DNA of 64,000 nt from Hyphomicrobiales bacterium (GCA_052386315.1 JBQTKG010000027.1:89199-153198); one strand, 5' to 3'; shown: positions 32,174 through 42,721, counted from the stretch's first letter. Program-made: numbers and translations. The notes: generated by a model from the letters alone, not told the origin.

Positions 32174-32836
32174 ATGATTGCCGCTTCGTTCAAAGCGCTG
32201 GGCGATCTCCTTTCGCCCGAGTTCCGCTCCGTGCTGCTCAAGGCCGTCGGTCTCACGCTGGTGCTTTTCATTGCCGTGCTGGTGGCGGTGGAAGCCGTCA
32301 TTTCGATGCTGACGCTCATTCCCTGGCCTTGGGCCGAAACCGTGCTGGCGATCGGCACCGGCCTTGCCCTGATTGTGGCATTCTTCTTTCTCATGGCGCC
32401 GGTGACCGCGATCTTCGCCGGGCTGTTTCTCGACGATGTCGCGCTGCGCGTCGAAACCCGCCACTATCCGAGAGATGCGCGCGGCACTGCGCTCACCGCC
32501 ACCCGCTCCGTCGCCATCGCCCTGCAATTCGCCGCGGTAATATTGGCCGTCAATCTGGCGATTCTGCCGCTGGTGTTCACCGGCATTGGCGCCGTGGCGC
32601 TGGTTGCCGCCAATGCTTATCTGATCGGCCGGGAATATTTCGAGATGGTGGCCATGCGTCACATGCCCGTCGACGAGGCAAGGCGTATCCGCAGGGAGAA
32701 CGCGCCGCGGATTTTCGCCGCCGCAATTGTTCCGGCACTTCTCTCTCTCGTGCCGGTGCTCAACCTCGCCGTGCCCCTTTTCGCCACCTCCTATTTCGTG
32801 CACATCTTCAAGCAGGTGCGGGCGTCTTCGGTTTGA
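32174..32836 (+). CDS. EI24/CysZ-like membrane protein
   Basis: Multiple TMs; FLDDVALRVETRHYP and NAYLIGREYFE motifs. Confidence 0.82.
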   Translation: MIAASFKALGDLLSPEFRSVLLKAVGLTLVLFIAVLVAVEAVISMLTLIPWPWAETVLAIGTGLALIVAFFFLMAPVTAIFAGLFLDDVALRVETRHYPRDARGTALTATRSVAIALQFAAVILAVNLAILPLVFTGIGAVALVAANAYLIGREYFEMVAMRHMPVDEARRIRRENAPRIFAAAIVPALLSLVPVLNLAVPLFATSYFVHIFKQVRASSV

Positions 32837-33467
32837 ATTTGCAGATATCGGCGATCAGGCAGCGCCAGCATTCGGGCTTGCGCGCTTTGCACACATAGCG
32901 TCCATGCAGGATCAGCCAGTGATGCGCATGGCGCATGTATATCGCCGGCACGGCCTTGAGGAGTTTCTGTTCGACTTCCATTGGTGTTTTGCCGGGCGCC
33001 AGGCCGGTGCGGTTGCCGATCCGGAACAGATGCGTATCGACCGCGATGGTGGGCTCGCCAAAGGCGGCATTGAGTACGACATTGGCGGTCTTGCGGCCGA
33101 CGCCCGGGAGTGCTTCCAGCGCCGCGCGTTCGCACGGCACTTGGCCGGCGTGGCGCTCGGCCAATGCCCTGGAAAGGCCTATCACATTCTTCGCCTTGAT
33201 GCGGAAGAGGCCGATAGCCTTGATGTAATCGCGAAGCCTGTCTTCGCCCAGCGCCAGCATCTTCTCCGGCGTGTCGGCAACTTGGAACAGGGATTTCGTC
33301 GCCCGGTTGACGCCGTCGTCGGTTGCCTGCGCCGAGAGCACCACGGCGACGAGCAGGGTATAGGTATTGAGCGATTTGAGTTCGCCCCTGGGCTCGGGCT
33401 CCGCCGCATGGAAACGGCGGAATACCTCTTCGATTTCGGCGGCGGTGAGACGGGTTGCTTTGGCCAT
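32808..33467 (-). CDS. nth: Endonuclease III
   Basis: LSAQATD, LPGVGRKTANV (HhH), VDTH and the C-x6-C-x2-C-x5-C 4Fe-4S motif. Confidence 0.96.
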   Translation of the reverse strand: MAKATRLTAAEIEEVFRRFHAAEPEPRGELKSLNTYTLLVAVVLSAQATDDGVNRATKSLFQVADTPEKMLALGEDRLRDYIKAIGLFRIKAKNVIGLSRALAERHAGQVPCERAALEALPGVGRKTANVVLNAAFGEPTIAVDTHLFRIGNRTGLAPGKTPMEVEQKLLKAVPAIYMRHAHHWLILHGRYVCKARKPECWRCLIADICKFKPKTPAPA

Positions 33468-33506
33468 GGAGTCGCCGTTCAATCGCTCATTGGGTAGAAC
33501 GGTATC

Positions 33507-33785
33507 ATGGAATGAAGCAACCCGAATTGCTGGCGCGCCACGCTGACGCCGCACCGCTGCCTGTCGCGGCAAGGTTTTGTGGCGGTCATGGCCGTCATCG
33601 TAACCGTCGATCTGGCGGGGGGCATTATCTTTTCCGCGATCGGCGCCTGGCCGGTTACAGGTTTCATGGGTCTCGATGTGGCCCTCGTATGCTGGGCCTT
33701 CCGCGCCAATTTCGCCTCGGCAAGGCAGGCCGAGCACATCGAAGTCACCGAGCATGAGCTGATTCTGACTTCGCCGGGGAGCTGA
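33507..33785 (+). pseudogene. DUF2244 membrane protein remnant
   Basis: Frame reads M-E-stop-SNPNCWRATLTPHRCLSRQGF...GAWPVTGFMGLDVALVCWAFRANF...AEHIEV...stop. In-frame TGA at 33513 and early termination after about 90 codons. Confidence 0.75.
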
Positions 33786-33861
33786 ATTCGGCTCTCACCC
33801 GGCCGCTTATCTGATCAAGAATCGGGTGGTTCCCGTCCCGGTCCGGGCCTATCTTGGCGCT

Positions 33862-34731
33862 ATGAACACGATCGAAATCGACAAATCCCCTTCCCGCGAC
33901 TATGACCTGGTCAGGCGGAGCCTGGCTTTCCTGACCGAGAACTGGCGCGACCAGCCATCGCTGGAAACGCTTGCCGAAAGATCCGGCGTCAGCCCCCATC
34001 ATCTGCAGCGGCTGTTCACCCGCTGGGCGGGTTTGAGCCCCAAGGCTTTTCTGCAGGCCATGACCATCGACCATGCCCGCGGGCTCCTCCGTGATTCCGC
34101 CAGCATTCTCGATACGGCCTATGAGGTGGGCCTATCGGGTCCCGGCCGCTTGCATGATCTTTTCGTGACCCATGAAGGCATGTCCCCGGGCATCTACAAG
34201 GCGAAAGGCAAGGGCCTCGTCATCCGCCATGGTTTCCACGATTGCCCCTTCGGCCGCGCCCTGGTGATGGTGACGAGCGAGGGCCTCTGCGGTCTCGCCT
34301 TCGCCGATCCGGGCGGGGAACGTGCCACGCTTGCCGACATGATGTCGCGCTGGTCCGAGGCCGATTATGTCGAGGACAAGGTGGCGACCGCGCCAATTGC
34401 CGCCCGCATCTTCGAGCCCGGCAACTGGAAACCCGACCAGCCGCTGCGCATCGTCTTCATTGGCTCGGATTTCGAGATCCGCGTCTGGGAGACCCTGCTC
34501 AGAATTCCGCTCGGCAAGGCCTCGAGTTATTCTGCCATCGCCGGCCATTTGGGCCAGCCCCAGGCAGCCCGCGCTGTCGGCACGGCGGTTGGCAAGAATC
34601 CGATCTCTTTCGTGGTTCCCTGCCACCGGGTTCTGGCGAAATCCGGCGGACTGTGCGGCTATCACTGGGGCCTCACCCGCAAGCGCGCCATTCTCGGCTG
34701 GGAAGCCGGAGTCGCGGCGCGCGCCGCCTGA
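33862..34731 (+). CDS. AraC-HTH / methylated-DNA--protein-cysteine methyltransferase (Ada-like, no N-terminal Zn domain)
   Basis: HLQRLFTRWAGLSPK HTH and the active-site NPISFVVPCHRV. Confidence 0.92.
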   Translation: MNTIEIDKSPSRDYDLVRRSLAFLTENWRDQPSLETLAERSGVSPHHLQRLFTRWAGLSPKAFLQAMTIDHARGLLRDSASILDTAYEVGLSGPGRLHDLFVTHEGMSPGIYKAKGKGLVIRHGFHDCPFGRALVMVTSEGLCGLAFADPGGERATLADMMSRWSEADYVEDKVATAPIAARIFEPGNWKPDQPLRIVFIGSDFEIRVWETLLRIPLGKASSYSAIAGHLGQPQAARAVGTAVGKNPISFVVPCHRVLAKSGGLCGYHWGLTRKRAILGWEAGVAARAA

Positions 34732-35244
34732 TCAGAGTTTCATGTAGAAGATGGCCGTGTCGTCCAACTCGCCGGTGGGCGACAGGGCATAGCCCGGAAT
34801 ATGGCCTGCGCATGTGAAGCCGAGACCACGATAAAAAGCTTCCGCAGGGCTGTTGACGACAGTATCGAAATTAACCAGGGTGTGTCCCATGGCGCGGGCC
34901 TTTTCGATCAGTGCATTCATCAACAATGTACCGACGCCGCACCTGCGGTAATCTCTGTGCACCAATAGCTTCGCTACTTCGCAGCGATGGCGTTGGTTTG
35001 GTTGCCAGGCCCGGTCGAGGATAACGCAACCTGCAATCTTACTGTCATCGCGGGCTACAAAAACGATCTTGCCACCGTTGGCGACCGCACCGGAAATGCC
35101 GCGCCAAAAGGCTTCGCCGTCCTTGACCGAAAACGGCGGCATGAAGCTGACACCGGCTCCCGATGCCACGGCATCGGCGAGAATCTCGCCAAGACGGCCT
35201 GTTGCGGCGTTGAACTCTTGCGGGCTCAGATTGCTCACCTGCAT
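34732..35244 (-). CDS. GNAT family N-acetyltransferase
   Basis: GAGVSFMPP, QPNQRHRCEVAKLLVH..RRCGVG and AEAFYRGLGF. ATG overlaps the gpmA TAA. Confidence 0.88.
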   Translation of the reverse strand: MQVSNLSPQEFNAATGRLGEILADAVASGAGVSFMPPFSVKDGEAFWRGISGAVANGGKIVFVARDDSKIAGCVILDRAWQPNQRHRCEVAKLLVHRDYRRCGVGTLLMNALIEKARAMGHTLVNFDTVVNSPAEAFYRGLGFTCAGHIPGYALSPTGELDDTAIFYMKL

Positions 35245-35861
35245 TAAGCCAGCACCTGCGCCGAAATAGGCCGGGAATCGGCGCCAAGCCGGTAGACCAC
35301 CGGCACGCCGGTTTCCAGTTCGCGTTTCAGAATCTGCTGCGGCGTCAAACCTTCGATTCCCATGATCAGTGCGCGCAACGAATTGCCGTGGGCGGCCACC
35401 AGCACGCGCTTGCCAGACAGTACGTCCGGCAGGATGCGCGCTACGTAATAGGGAAGCGCCCGGGCCAGCGTATCCTTCAGGCTTTCCCCGCCCGGCGGGG
35501 CCACGTCATAAGAGCGGCGCCAGACATGCACCTGCTCTTCACCCCATTTCTTGCGCGCGTCGTCCTTGTTGAGGCCGGTCAGTTCGCCATAGTCGCGCTC
35601 GTTCAAGGCCTGATCGCGGATCGTTTCAAGTCCCGTCTGGCCGAGTTCGGCGAGCATGAGATCGAGCGTATGCTGGGCCCGGGTCAGCACGCTGGTATAG
35701 GCGATGTCGAACTTGAGGCTTTTGGCCTTGAGCAATTTGCCGGCAGCCTTCGCTTCCGCCACGCCCTTTTCGGAAAGGTCCGGATCCTTCCAGCCGGTGA
35801 AGAGGTTTTTGAGATTCCATTCGCTCTGACCGTGGCGGACGAGCACCAGCAAGCGCTCCAT
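35244..35861 (-). CDS. gpmA: 2,3-BPG-dependent phosphoglycerate mutase
   Basis: [29 protein letters not shown] and AHGNSLRAL motifs. Confidence 0.96.
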   Translation of the reverse strand: MERLLVLVRHGQSEWNLKNLFTGWKDPDLSEKGVAEAKAAGKLLKAKSLKFDIAYTSVLTRAQHTLDLMLAELGQTGLETIRDQALNERDYGELTGLNKDDARKKWGEEQVHVWRRSYDVAPPGGESLKDTLARALPYYVARILPDVLSGKRVLVAAHGNSLRALIMGIEGLTPQQILKRELETGVPVVYRLGADSRPISAQVLA

Positions 35862-35863
35862 CT

Positions 35864-36664
35864 TCACTCCAATCCCAAAACATCGGTCATCGAATAGAGA
35901 CCGGGCTTCTTGTCGACCGCCCACAGCGCCGCCCTCACCGCGCCGCGGGCGAAGATGTCCCGGCTCTCGGCCTTGTGAGTGAGTTCGATCCGCTCGGCGG
36001 GGCCCGCGAATATCACCGTATGCTCGCCGACGACCGACCCGCCGCGCAGCGTTGCGAAACCGATATCGCCCGGTGGCCTGGCCCCGGTATGGCCGTCGCG
36101 GGCGCGGATCGAGCGCGCCTTGAGGTCGATGGCGCGTCCCTCCGCCGCCGCCTTGCCCAGAAGCAGGGCCGTGCCCGACGGCGCATCGATCTTGTGACGG
36201 TGATGCATTTCCACGACTTCGATGTCGAACTCCTCGCCAAGCGCCGCCGCCACCTTCCTGACCAATGCCGTCAGCAAATTGACGCCGAGGCTCATATTCC
36301 CGGACTTGACGATTCGCGCATGGCGCGCCGCCGCCTTGATCTTGGCTTCCCCCGCTCCGTCGATGCCGGTGGTGCCGATCACATGCACGATCCGCGCCTG
36401 GGCGGCGAACTCGCTCAGCGCCACGCTTGCCGCAGGCACGGTGAAATCCACGATGCCGTCGATCCTGGTGAACAGCGCGACGGGGTCGTCGGTGACCGCG
36501 ACGCCAAGTTGGCCTAGACCGGCGAGTGCGCCCATGTCCGCGCCCACATGGGGCGAGCCCTTGGGTTCGAGGCCACCAACCAGCGCGCATCCTTCGGTCT
36601 CATGCACGATCCGGGTCAGCACGCGGCCCATCCGGCCCCCCGCGCCGGCGATGGCGAGTTTCAT
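35864..36664 (-). CDS. dapB: 4-hydroxy-tetrahydrodipicolinate reductase
   Basis: [28 protein letters not shown] and RGGSVVGEH motifs. Confidence 0.96.
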   Translation of the reverse strand: MKLAIAGAGGRMGRVLTRIVHETEGCALVGGLEPKGSPHVGADMGALAGLGQLGVAVTDDPVALFTRIDGIVDFTVPAASVALSEFAAQARIVHVIGTTGIDGAGEAKIKAAARHARIVKSGNMSLGVNLLTALVRKVAAALGEEFDIEVVEMHHRHKIDAPSGTALLLGKAAAEGRAIDLKARSIRARDGHTGARPPGDIGFATLRGGSVVGEHTVIFAGPAERIELTHKAESRDIFARGAVRAALWAVDKKPGLYSMTDVLGLE

Positions 36665-36773
36665 GGGACAGTCCCCTTTCGAGCGGCGGTCATAGCAATG
36701 CAGCGCCCCGATGGAAAGCGCCGCAATGGCGCCACAAGGGCCTATATATTGATTTCCCTCCAAGCGGGTTTCC

Positions 36774-37529
36774 ATGCGCAGTCTGGTTCGCGGAGTTGTC
36801 TGGTTCGTTGTGGTCCTGGTCGTCCTGCCGGTCGCCGCTGGCGCAGTCATGGCCTATGGCCGCGGCTGGCCGGAAAGCTGGCGGACCGCCAACTGGTCGT
36901 CATCCGGCCTCCTGCTTGAAGCATCGGCCGCTCCAACTGCCCGCGTCCTGATCCTCGCGGCGCGCACCGGAAACTGGAAATCGATCTTCGCCGAGCACCT
37001 GTCGATCGTCCTCAAACCGGAAGGAGCCGCGGCCTGGACCCGTTATGATGTCGTCGGCTGGGGTAGTCCGGTGCGCCGCAATGCCTTCGCGGCCTATGCC
37101 TTCTGGTACGGAAATCGGCCCTATGTGGTCTTCGAACTGGAGGGGGCCGAGGCGGCCAGGCTCATTCCTGAAATCGAAGAGACCATCGGACGCTATCTCT
37201 ACACGGCGCGCGGCAGTTACGCGGTTTGGCCGGGGCCGAACTCAAACAGCTTCGTGGCCTGGGTCGTGCGCAACACCGGCGGCTTCGAAACCGAGCTTCC
37301 ACCCGCTGCCGTCGGCAAGGATTATCTCGGACCGGGATTTTCTGTCGCCGATGCTCCGAGCGGCACCGGCTATACCGTGTCCTTCGCCGGCATCGCAGGT
37401 CTGACGGCCGCCTGGCGCGAAGGTCTTGAGATCAACCTTGGTGGAGCCATTGTCGGCATTGACGCGGACGATCTTGCCGTCAAGCTTCCATCGCTCGGCA
37501 CCTTGATTCTGCGCGATCTCGCCTTCTGA
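36774..37529 (+). CDS. DUF3750 domain protein (N-terminal signal/TM)
   Basis: [42 protein letters not shown] and AVGKDY motifs. Confidence 0.8.
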   Translation: MRSLVRGVVWFVVVLVVLPVAAGAVMAYGRGWPESWRTANWSSSGLLLEASAAPTARVLILAARTGNWKSIFAEHLSIVLKPEGAAAWTRYDVVGWGSPVRRNAFAAYAFWYGNRPYVVFELEGAEAARLIPEIEETIGRYLYTARGSYAVWPGPNSNSFVAWVVRNTGGFETELPPAAVGKDYLGPGFSVADAPSGTGYTVSFAGIAGLTAAWREGLEINLGGAIVGIDADDLAVKLPSLGTLILRDLAF

Positions 37530-37817
37530 TCACACGCCTTCGACGATCACCAGGTCGCTATCGGCGCAGGTCTCGAAGATGCGCAGCGCCGCCTGATATT
37601 CGGGCGAGTGGAAACAGGCCTTGGCCGTCTCGAAGGAGTCGAACTCGATCACCACATGGCGGTCGCCGGACTTTCCCTTCGCCACTTCGAACTGTCCGCC
37701 GCGCACCACGAATTTGGCGCCATACTTGTCGAAAGCCGCCTTGTTGGCGGCGATGTAATCGGGATAACGCTTGGGATCGCGGATGCGGACACTGGCCATC
37801 CAATAGCCCTTGGCCAT
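37530..37817 (-). CDS. DUF1330 domain protein (copy 2)
   Basis: KGYW, KYGAKFVVRGG, VVIEF, SPEYQAA and VEGV. Confidence 0.9.
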   Translation of the reverse strand: MAKGYWMASVRIRDPKRYPDYIAANKAAFDKYGAKFVVRGGQFEVAKGKSGDRHVVIEFDSFETAKACFHSPEYQAALRIFETCADSDLVIVEGV

Positions 37818-37820
37818 CGG

Positions 37821-38108
37821 CTAGACTCCTTCGACGACGACGATCTCGGCCTCGCCCGCGCCTTTGCGCTTGGCTTTCGCCGCCTGGTATTCGGGCGAGT
37901 TGTAGCAATCGATCGCCGCCTCGAGCGACGGGAATTCGATCACCACATTGCGCGGCCGGCCCTGGCCTTCCATCTGCTGCGACTTTCCGCCCCGCGCCAG
38001 GATCGTCGCGCCATATTTCCTGAATGCTTCCGGCGCCGCCTCGGCATAGAACTTGTACCGGTCGGGATTGCTGACGGTGACATGCGCGATCCAGTAGCCC
38101 TTGGGCAC
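37821..38108 (-). CDS. DUF1330 domain protein (copy 1)
   Basis: KGYW, LARGG, RNVVIEFPS and SPEYQAA..R; GTG start 3 bp after the dnaJ stop. Confidence 0.9.
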   Translation of the reverse strand: MPKGYWIAHVTVSNPDRYKFYAEAAPEAFRKYGATILARGGKSQQMEGQGRPRNVVIEFPSLEAAIDCYNSPEYQAAKAKRKGAGEAEIVVVEGV

Positions 38109-38111
38109 TTC

Positions 38112-39281
38112 TCAGCCTCCAAAGCCGTCCCAGAAGGCCCGGGCCTTGGCGAAGAAGCCCTCGGACTCCGGCGAATTGTTGCGGGCTTCCTTCTCGAACT
38201 CGCGCAGGAGTTCACGCTGTCGGCGGGTCAGATTGACCGGCGTTTCGACCGTCACCTGGATATACATGTCGCCGTGCTGGGACGAGCGCAGCACCGGCAT
38301 GCCCTTGCTCTTCAGGCGGAACTGCTTGCCGGTCTGGGCGCCTTCGGGAATCGTGACCCGCGCCTTCTTGCCGTCGATGGTCGGCACCTCGATCTCGCCG
38401 CCCAGCGCCGCGACGGTCATGGAAACCGGCACCTTGCAAAACAGGTCCGCGCCGTCGCGCTGGAAGAAATCATGCGGGCGCACCGAGAGGAAAATATAAA
38501 GATCGCCCGGCGGCCCGCCGCGCAGGCCCGCCTCGCCCTCATTGGCAAGGCGGATGCGTGTGCCGTCCTCAACCCCCGCCGGAATGCTGACTGACAGCGT
38601 GCGCTCCTTGGTGACACGTCCCTGGCCGCCGCAATTGCCGCACGGATCGGAAATCACCTGCCCCCGGCCCTGGCATGTCGGACAGGTGCGCTCGACCGTG
38701 AAGAAGCCCGATTGCGAACGGACCGCGCCAACGCCGCCACAGGTACCGCAGGTCTTGGGATGGGAACCGGGCTTGGCGCCCGATCCGGAACAGACCTCGC
38801 AGGTGACGGAGGAGGGCACGCGGATTTGCGCCGTCTTGCCGGTATAGGCTTCGGTGAGCGCGATCTCCATGTTATAGCGGAGATCGGCGCCGCGCGCCGC
38901 CCCGGCACTGCCGCGTCCGCCGGCCCCGCGCCCGCGGCCACGTCCGCCACCCATGGAAACCCCGAACAGATCCTCGAAGATGTCGGACATGGAGGAGGTG
39001 AATTCGGGTCCGAAGCCCGCGCCGCCGCCGGCCCCACGCGCCCCGCCCATGCCGCCCTCGAAGGCCTGGTGGCCGAAACGGTCGTAGGCCGCCTTCTTCT
39101 GCGGGTCCTTCAGGACATCATAGGCCTCGTTGATTTCCTTGAATTTGTGATCGACCGTCTTGTCGCCCGGATTGGCATCCGGGTGATATTGCTTGGCGAG
39201 CTTGCGGTAGGCGGCCTTGAGTTCCTTTTCGTCGGCATTTCTGCCGACACCCAAAATCTCGTAAAAATCGCGCTTGGCCAT
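38112..39281 (-). CDS. dnaJ: Chaperone DnaJ
   Basis: HPD J-domain, G/F region and four CxxCxGxG repeats. Confidence 0.98.
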   Translation of the reverse strand: MAKRDFYEILGVGRNADEKELKAAYRKLAKQYHPDANPGDKTVDHKFKEINEAYDVLKDPQKKAAYDRFGHQAFEGGMGGARGAGGGAGFGPEFTSSMSDIFEDLFGVSMGGGRGRGRGAGGRGSAGAARGADLRYNMEIALTEAYTGKTAQIRVPSSVTCEVCSGSGAKPGSHPKTCGTCGGVGAVRSQSGFFTVERTCPTCQGRGQVISDPCGNCGGQGRVTKERTLSVSIPAGVEDGTRIRLANEGEAGLRGGPPGDLYIFLSVRPHDFFQRDGADLFCKVPVSMTVAALGGEIEVPTIDGKKARVTIPEGAQTGKQFRLKSKGMPVLRSSQHGDMYIQVTVETPVNLTRRQRELLREFEKEARNNSPESEGFFAKARAFWDGFGG

Positions 39282-39380
39282 GGGAAAATGTTACCGGAAG
39301 GCGGATTGATGGAATGGCCTATAGCAGACCTCATCCCGAGGTGTGAGCCCCAAGGACGAGGATCCGCCGAACATTGTGTC

Positions 39381-41300
39381 TTAGGCCTTCTTGTCGTCGT
39401 CCTTCACTTCCGTGAAGTCCGCATCGACCACGTCGTCGTCTGCCTTGGAGGATGCGCCGCCGCCCGGCGCTGGACCGGCCTCGCCGCCCGCCGCACCTTG
39501 GGTCTTGTAGAGGGCTTCGCCGAGCTTCATCGAGGCCTGGGCCAGCGCGTTGGTCTTGGTCTTGATCGTCTCGGTGTCGTCGCCTTCCATGGCCTGTTTG
39601 AGGTCGGCGATGGCCGCCTCCACCGTGGACTTGTCGGCGGCCGAAATCTTGTCGCCGAGCTCGGTCATCGACCTGCCCGTCGCATGGATGAGCGCCTCGG
39701 CATGGTTCTTGGCTTCGACCAGCTCCTTGCGCTTCTTGTCCTCGGCGGCGTTGATCTCGGCTTCCTTGACCATCTTCTCGATCTCCTTGTCGGAGAGACC
39801 GCCCGAGGCCTGGATACGGATCTGCTGTTCCTTGTTCGTCGCCTTGTCCTTGGCCGAGACGTTAACGATGCCGTTGGCGTCGATGTCGAAGGTAACCTCG
39901 ACTTGCGGCACGCCGCGCGGCGCCGGCGGAATGCCCATCAAATCGAACTGGCCGAGCATCTTGTTATCGGCCGCCATCTCGCGCTCGCCCTGGAAGACAC
40001 GGATCGTCACCGCCGTCTGGTTGTCGTCGGCGGTGGAGAATATCTGGCTCTTCTTGGTCGGGATCGTGGTGTTGCGATCGATGAGGCGGGTGAACACGCC
40101 ACCCAGCGTCTCGATGCCGAGCGACAAGGGCGTGACATCGAGGAGCAGGACGTCCTTCACTTCGCCCTTGAGCACGCCCGCCTGGATCGCAGCACCGATG
40201 GCCACGACTTCGTCCGGGTTGACACCCTTGTGCGGCTCCTTGCCGAAGAACTGCTTCACAACTTCGATGACCTTGGGCATGCGCGTCATGCCGCCGACGA
40301 GCACGACCTCGTCGATCTGGCCGGCGGTCACGCCGGCATCCTTGAGGGCTTGGCGGCAGGGCTCGACGGTCTTCTGGATCAGATCGTCGACCAGTGCTTC
40401 GAGCTTGGCGCGGGTGAGCTTCAAGGTTAGATGCTTCGGACCCGAAGCATCGGCCGTGATGAAGGGCAGGTTGATTTCCGTTTGCGTCGAGGACGACAGC
40501 TCGATCTTGGCCTTTTCCGCGGCTTCCTTGAGGCGCTGCAGAGCGAGCTTGTCCTTGCGCAGGTCGATTCCCTGTTCCTTCTTGAACTCGTCGGCGAGGT
40601 AATCGACGATGCGCATGTCGAAATCTTCGCCGCCGAGGAAGGTATCGCCGTTGGTCGACTTCACCTCGAAGACGCCGTCGCCGATTTCGAGAACGGAAAT
40701 GTCGAAGGTGCCGCCGCCCAGGTCATAGACCGCGATGGTGCCGGCTTGCTTTTTATCGAGGCCATAGGCAAGCGCCGCCGCGGTGGGCTCGTTGATGATG
40801 CGCAGAACCTCGAGGCCCGCGATCTTGCCGGCATCCTTGGTGGCCTGGCGCTGCGAGTCGTTGAAGTAGGCGGGAACCGTGATGACGGCCTGCGTCACCG
40901 ACTCGCCGAGATAGCGCTCGGCGGTTTCCTTCATTTTGGTCAGAATATAGGCCGAGATCTGCGACGGCGCGTATTTCTGGCCCCGCGACTCGACCCAGGC
41001 GTCGCCATTGTCGGCGCGCACGATGTTGTAGGGAACCAGCTTCTTGTCCTTGGCCACCATGGGGTCGTCCATGCGGCGGCCGATCAGGCGCTTGATGGCG
41101 AAGAAGGTGTTCTCTGGATTGGTGACGCCCTGTCTTTTGGCGGGCTGGCCAATGAGGATTTCGCCGTCGGTATTGAAGGCCACGATTGACGGCGTGGTGC
41201 GGGCGCCTTCCGCATTCTCGATGACCTTGGGAGTCTTGCCTTCCATCACCGCAACGCACGAATTGGTCGTGCCGAGGTCGATGCCGATCACTTTAGCCAT
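39381..41300 (-). CDS. dnaK: Chaperone DnaK
   Basis: [30 protein letters not shown] and NPDEVVA; GGAG RBS. Confidence 0.98.
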   Translation of the reverse strand: MAKVIGIDLGTTNSCVAVMEGKTPKVIENAEGARTTPSIVAFNTDGEILIGQPAKRQGVTNPENTFFAIKRLIGRRMDDPMVAKDKKLVPYNIVRADNGDAWVESRGQKYAPSQISAYILTKMKETAERYLGESVTQAVITVPAYFNDSQRQATKDAGKIAGLEVLRIINEPTAAALAYGLDKKQAGTIAVYDLGGGTFDISVLEIGDGVFEVKSTNGDTFLGGEDFDMRIVDYLADEFKKEQGIDLRKDKLALQRLKEAAEKAKIELSSSTQTEINLPFITADASGPKHLTLKLTRAKLEALVDDLIQKTVEPCRQALKDAGVTAGQIDEVVLVGGMTRMPKVIEVVKQFFGKEPHKGVNPDEVVAIGAAIQAGVLKGEVKDVLLLDVTPLSLGIETLGGVFTRLIDRNTTIPTKKSQIFSTADDNQTAVTIRVFQGEREMAADNKMLGQFDLMGIPPAPRGVPQVEVTFDIDANGIVNVSAKDKATNKEQQIRIQASGGLSDKEIEKMVKEAEINAAEDKKRKELVEAKNHAEALIHATGRSMTELGDKISAADKSTVEAAIADLKQAMEGDDTETIKTKTNALAQASMKLGEALYKTQGAAGGEAGPAPGGGASSKADDDVVDADFTEVKDDDKKA

Positions 41301-41437
41301 GTCCAGTCTCCGTGTGGCAGGCGGGCCCTGCGGAAGCCCGCAAATGGCGCTTCCGCGACCCAAAAAGGGGCCGCCTCCTGATTGACATATGGTCCGCTTC
41401 CCCGCGATTCCCAAGGGGTGTGCGACGTTCTACGGTT

Positions 41438-41466
41438 ATATAGGGAGGGGAAAATTGCCGATCAAG
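41438..41466 (-). promoter_or_regulatory. RpoH (sigma32) promoter of dnaKJ
   Basis: Minus strand CTTG-N18-CCTATAT, matching the alphaproteobacterial RpoH consensus. Confidence 0.8.
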
Positions 41467-41484
41467 CATGGAGAGGCGGTCAAA

Positions 41485-42090
41485 ATGCGCCAACCCGGAC
41501 TGCGTTATCTGCCCGGATTTCTCGATCCCGCGGCCCAGCAGGGCCTGGTGGAAGTACTCCGCCGGGCGGTCGCCGAAGCCCCGTTCTTCATTCCCGTCAT
41601 GCCCCGCACGGCACGGCCTTTCACGGTGCGCATGACCAATCTCGGGCCCCTGGGCTGGGTCTCCGATCGTTCAGGCTATCGATATCAGGAGCGCCATCCT
41701 GAAACCGGGCGGCCGTGGCCGCCGATTCCGGCTGCGGTTCTGGCGATCTGGAAGGAAGTTGCGGACTATCCGCATCCGCCCGAAGCCTGTCTCGTTAACC
41801 ATTATCGCGAGGGCGCCAAGATGGGGCTGCACCGCGACGAAGACGAAGAAGATTTCTCTGCCCCCGTCGTTTCGATCTCGCTCGGCGACACCGCCCTCTT
41901 CCGCATGGGCGGTAAGGAGCGCGGCTGCAAGACCGGGACCTTCAAGCTCGCCTCCGGGGATGTTGTAGTGATGGGCGGTGCCTCCCGCCTTTGCTATCAC
42001 GGCATCGACCGGGTTCTCGCCGGCACCTCGACACTTCTGAAGGACGGCGGCCGCATCAATCTCACACTGCGGCGGGTGACGAAGCCCTAG
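41485..42090 (+). CDS. alkB: Alpha-ketoglutarate-dependent dioxygenase AlkB
   Basis: MTNLGPLGWVSD, GYRY, MGLHRD (HxD), YHG and RINLTLR motifs. Confidence 0.93.
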   Translation: MRQPGLRYLPGFLDPAAQQGLVEVLRRAVAEAPFFIPVMPRTARPFTVRMTNLGPLGWVSDRSGYRYQERHPETGRPWPPIPAAVLAIWKEVADYPHPPEACLVNHYREGAKMGLHRDEDEEDFSAPVVSISLGDTALFRMGGKERGCKTGTFKLASGDVVVMGGASRLCYHGIDRVLAGTSTLLKDGGRINLTLRRVTKP

Positions 42091-42650
42091 GCCTCGGCCT
42101 TCGCCACGCCCACCATGGCGGGGCGCAGGCAGCGTTCGCCGATGGCGAAGCCCGCCTGCATTTCCTGGACCACGGTGCCCGGCGGATGCTCCGTGGTCGG
42201 AACCTCGAAGATGGCCTGGTGCATGTGCGGATCGAATTTCTGGCCCACGGTTTCGATCTTGCGGATGCCGTGGCGCTGGAAACTGTTGAGGAGGTCGCGT
42301 TCGGTGACCTCGACCCCGGCCAGCAGATTCCGGGTCACCTCGTCGGCAACCTCCCGCGCCTCCGGCGGCACCGCCGCGAGCGCCCGGCCGAGATTGTCGG
42401 CGACGCTCAAGAGATCGCGGGCGAAATTCGTCGCCGCATAAAGCGTCGCCTCCGCCTTCTCGCGCTCGGTGCGCTTGCGCAGGTTGTCCATCTCGGCCGC
42501 CAGCCGCAAGTGCCGGTCCTTTAGGGCGCCCACTTCTTCCTTCAGAGCGGCAATCTCGGCATCGCGCGGATCGACGGGGGGTTCGGCGATTGGCGATTCG
42601 ATCTCCGTCGGGGTGGCGATGAAGTCAGGCGTATTCGTCTCGTCGGCCAT
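42087..42650 (-). CDS. grpE: Nucleotide exchange factor GrpE
   Basis: AEMDNLRKR, FARDLLSVADNL, FDPHMHQA and LRPAMVGVAK. Start at 42650 or 42662. Confidence 0.96.
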   Translation of the reverse strand: MADETNTPDFIATPTEIESPIAEPPVDPRDAEIAALKEEVGALKDRHLRLAAEMDNLRKRTEREKAEATLYAATNFARDLLSVADNLGRALAAVPPEAREVADEVTRNLLAGVEVTERDLLNSFQRHGIRKIETVGQKFDPHMHQAIFEVPTTEHPPGTVVQEMQAGFAIGERCLRPAMVGVAKAEA

Positions 42651-42692
42651 GGGAACGCTCATACCGTTTGTGTCATGTCGGGGATGGCCCGC

Positions 42693-42721
42693 ATATCGGC
42701 CGGGACGCCGGAAAAATCAAG
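42693..42721 (-). promoter_or_regulatory. RpoH promoter of grpE
   Basis: CTTG-N18-CCGATAT; the -35 overlaps the hrcA stop codon. Confidence 0.65.

Noticed and set aside
33513-33515. In-frame TGA as selenocysteine or programmed read-through
   Set aside because: No Cys-equivalent position or evident SECIS, and the gene is also 3'-truncated.
36741-36765. CCTATATA / CAAG between dapB and DUF3750 as an RpoH promoter
   Set aside because: The -35/-10 spacing does not fit on either strand.
38712-41189. Long + strand ORFs (572 aa and 252 aa) antisense to dnaJ/dnaK
   Set aside because: Well-known antisense shadow frame of dnaK, often misannotated as NAD-glutamate dehydrogenase; explained by codon bias.
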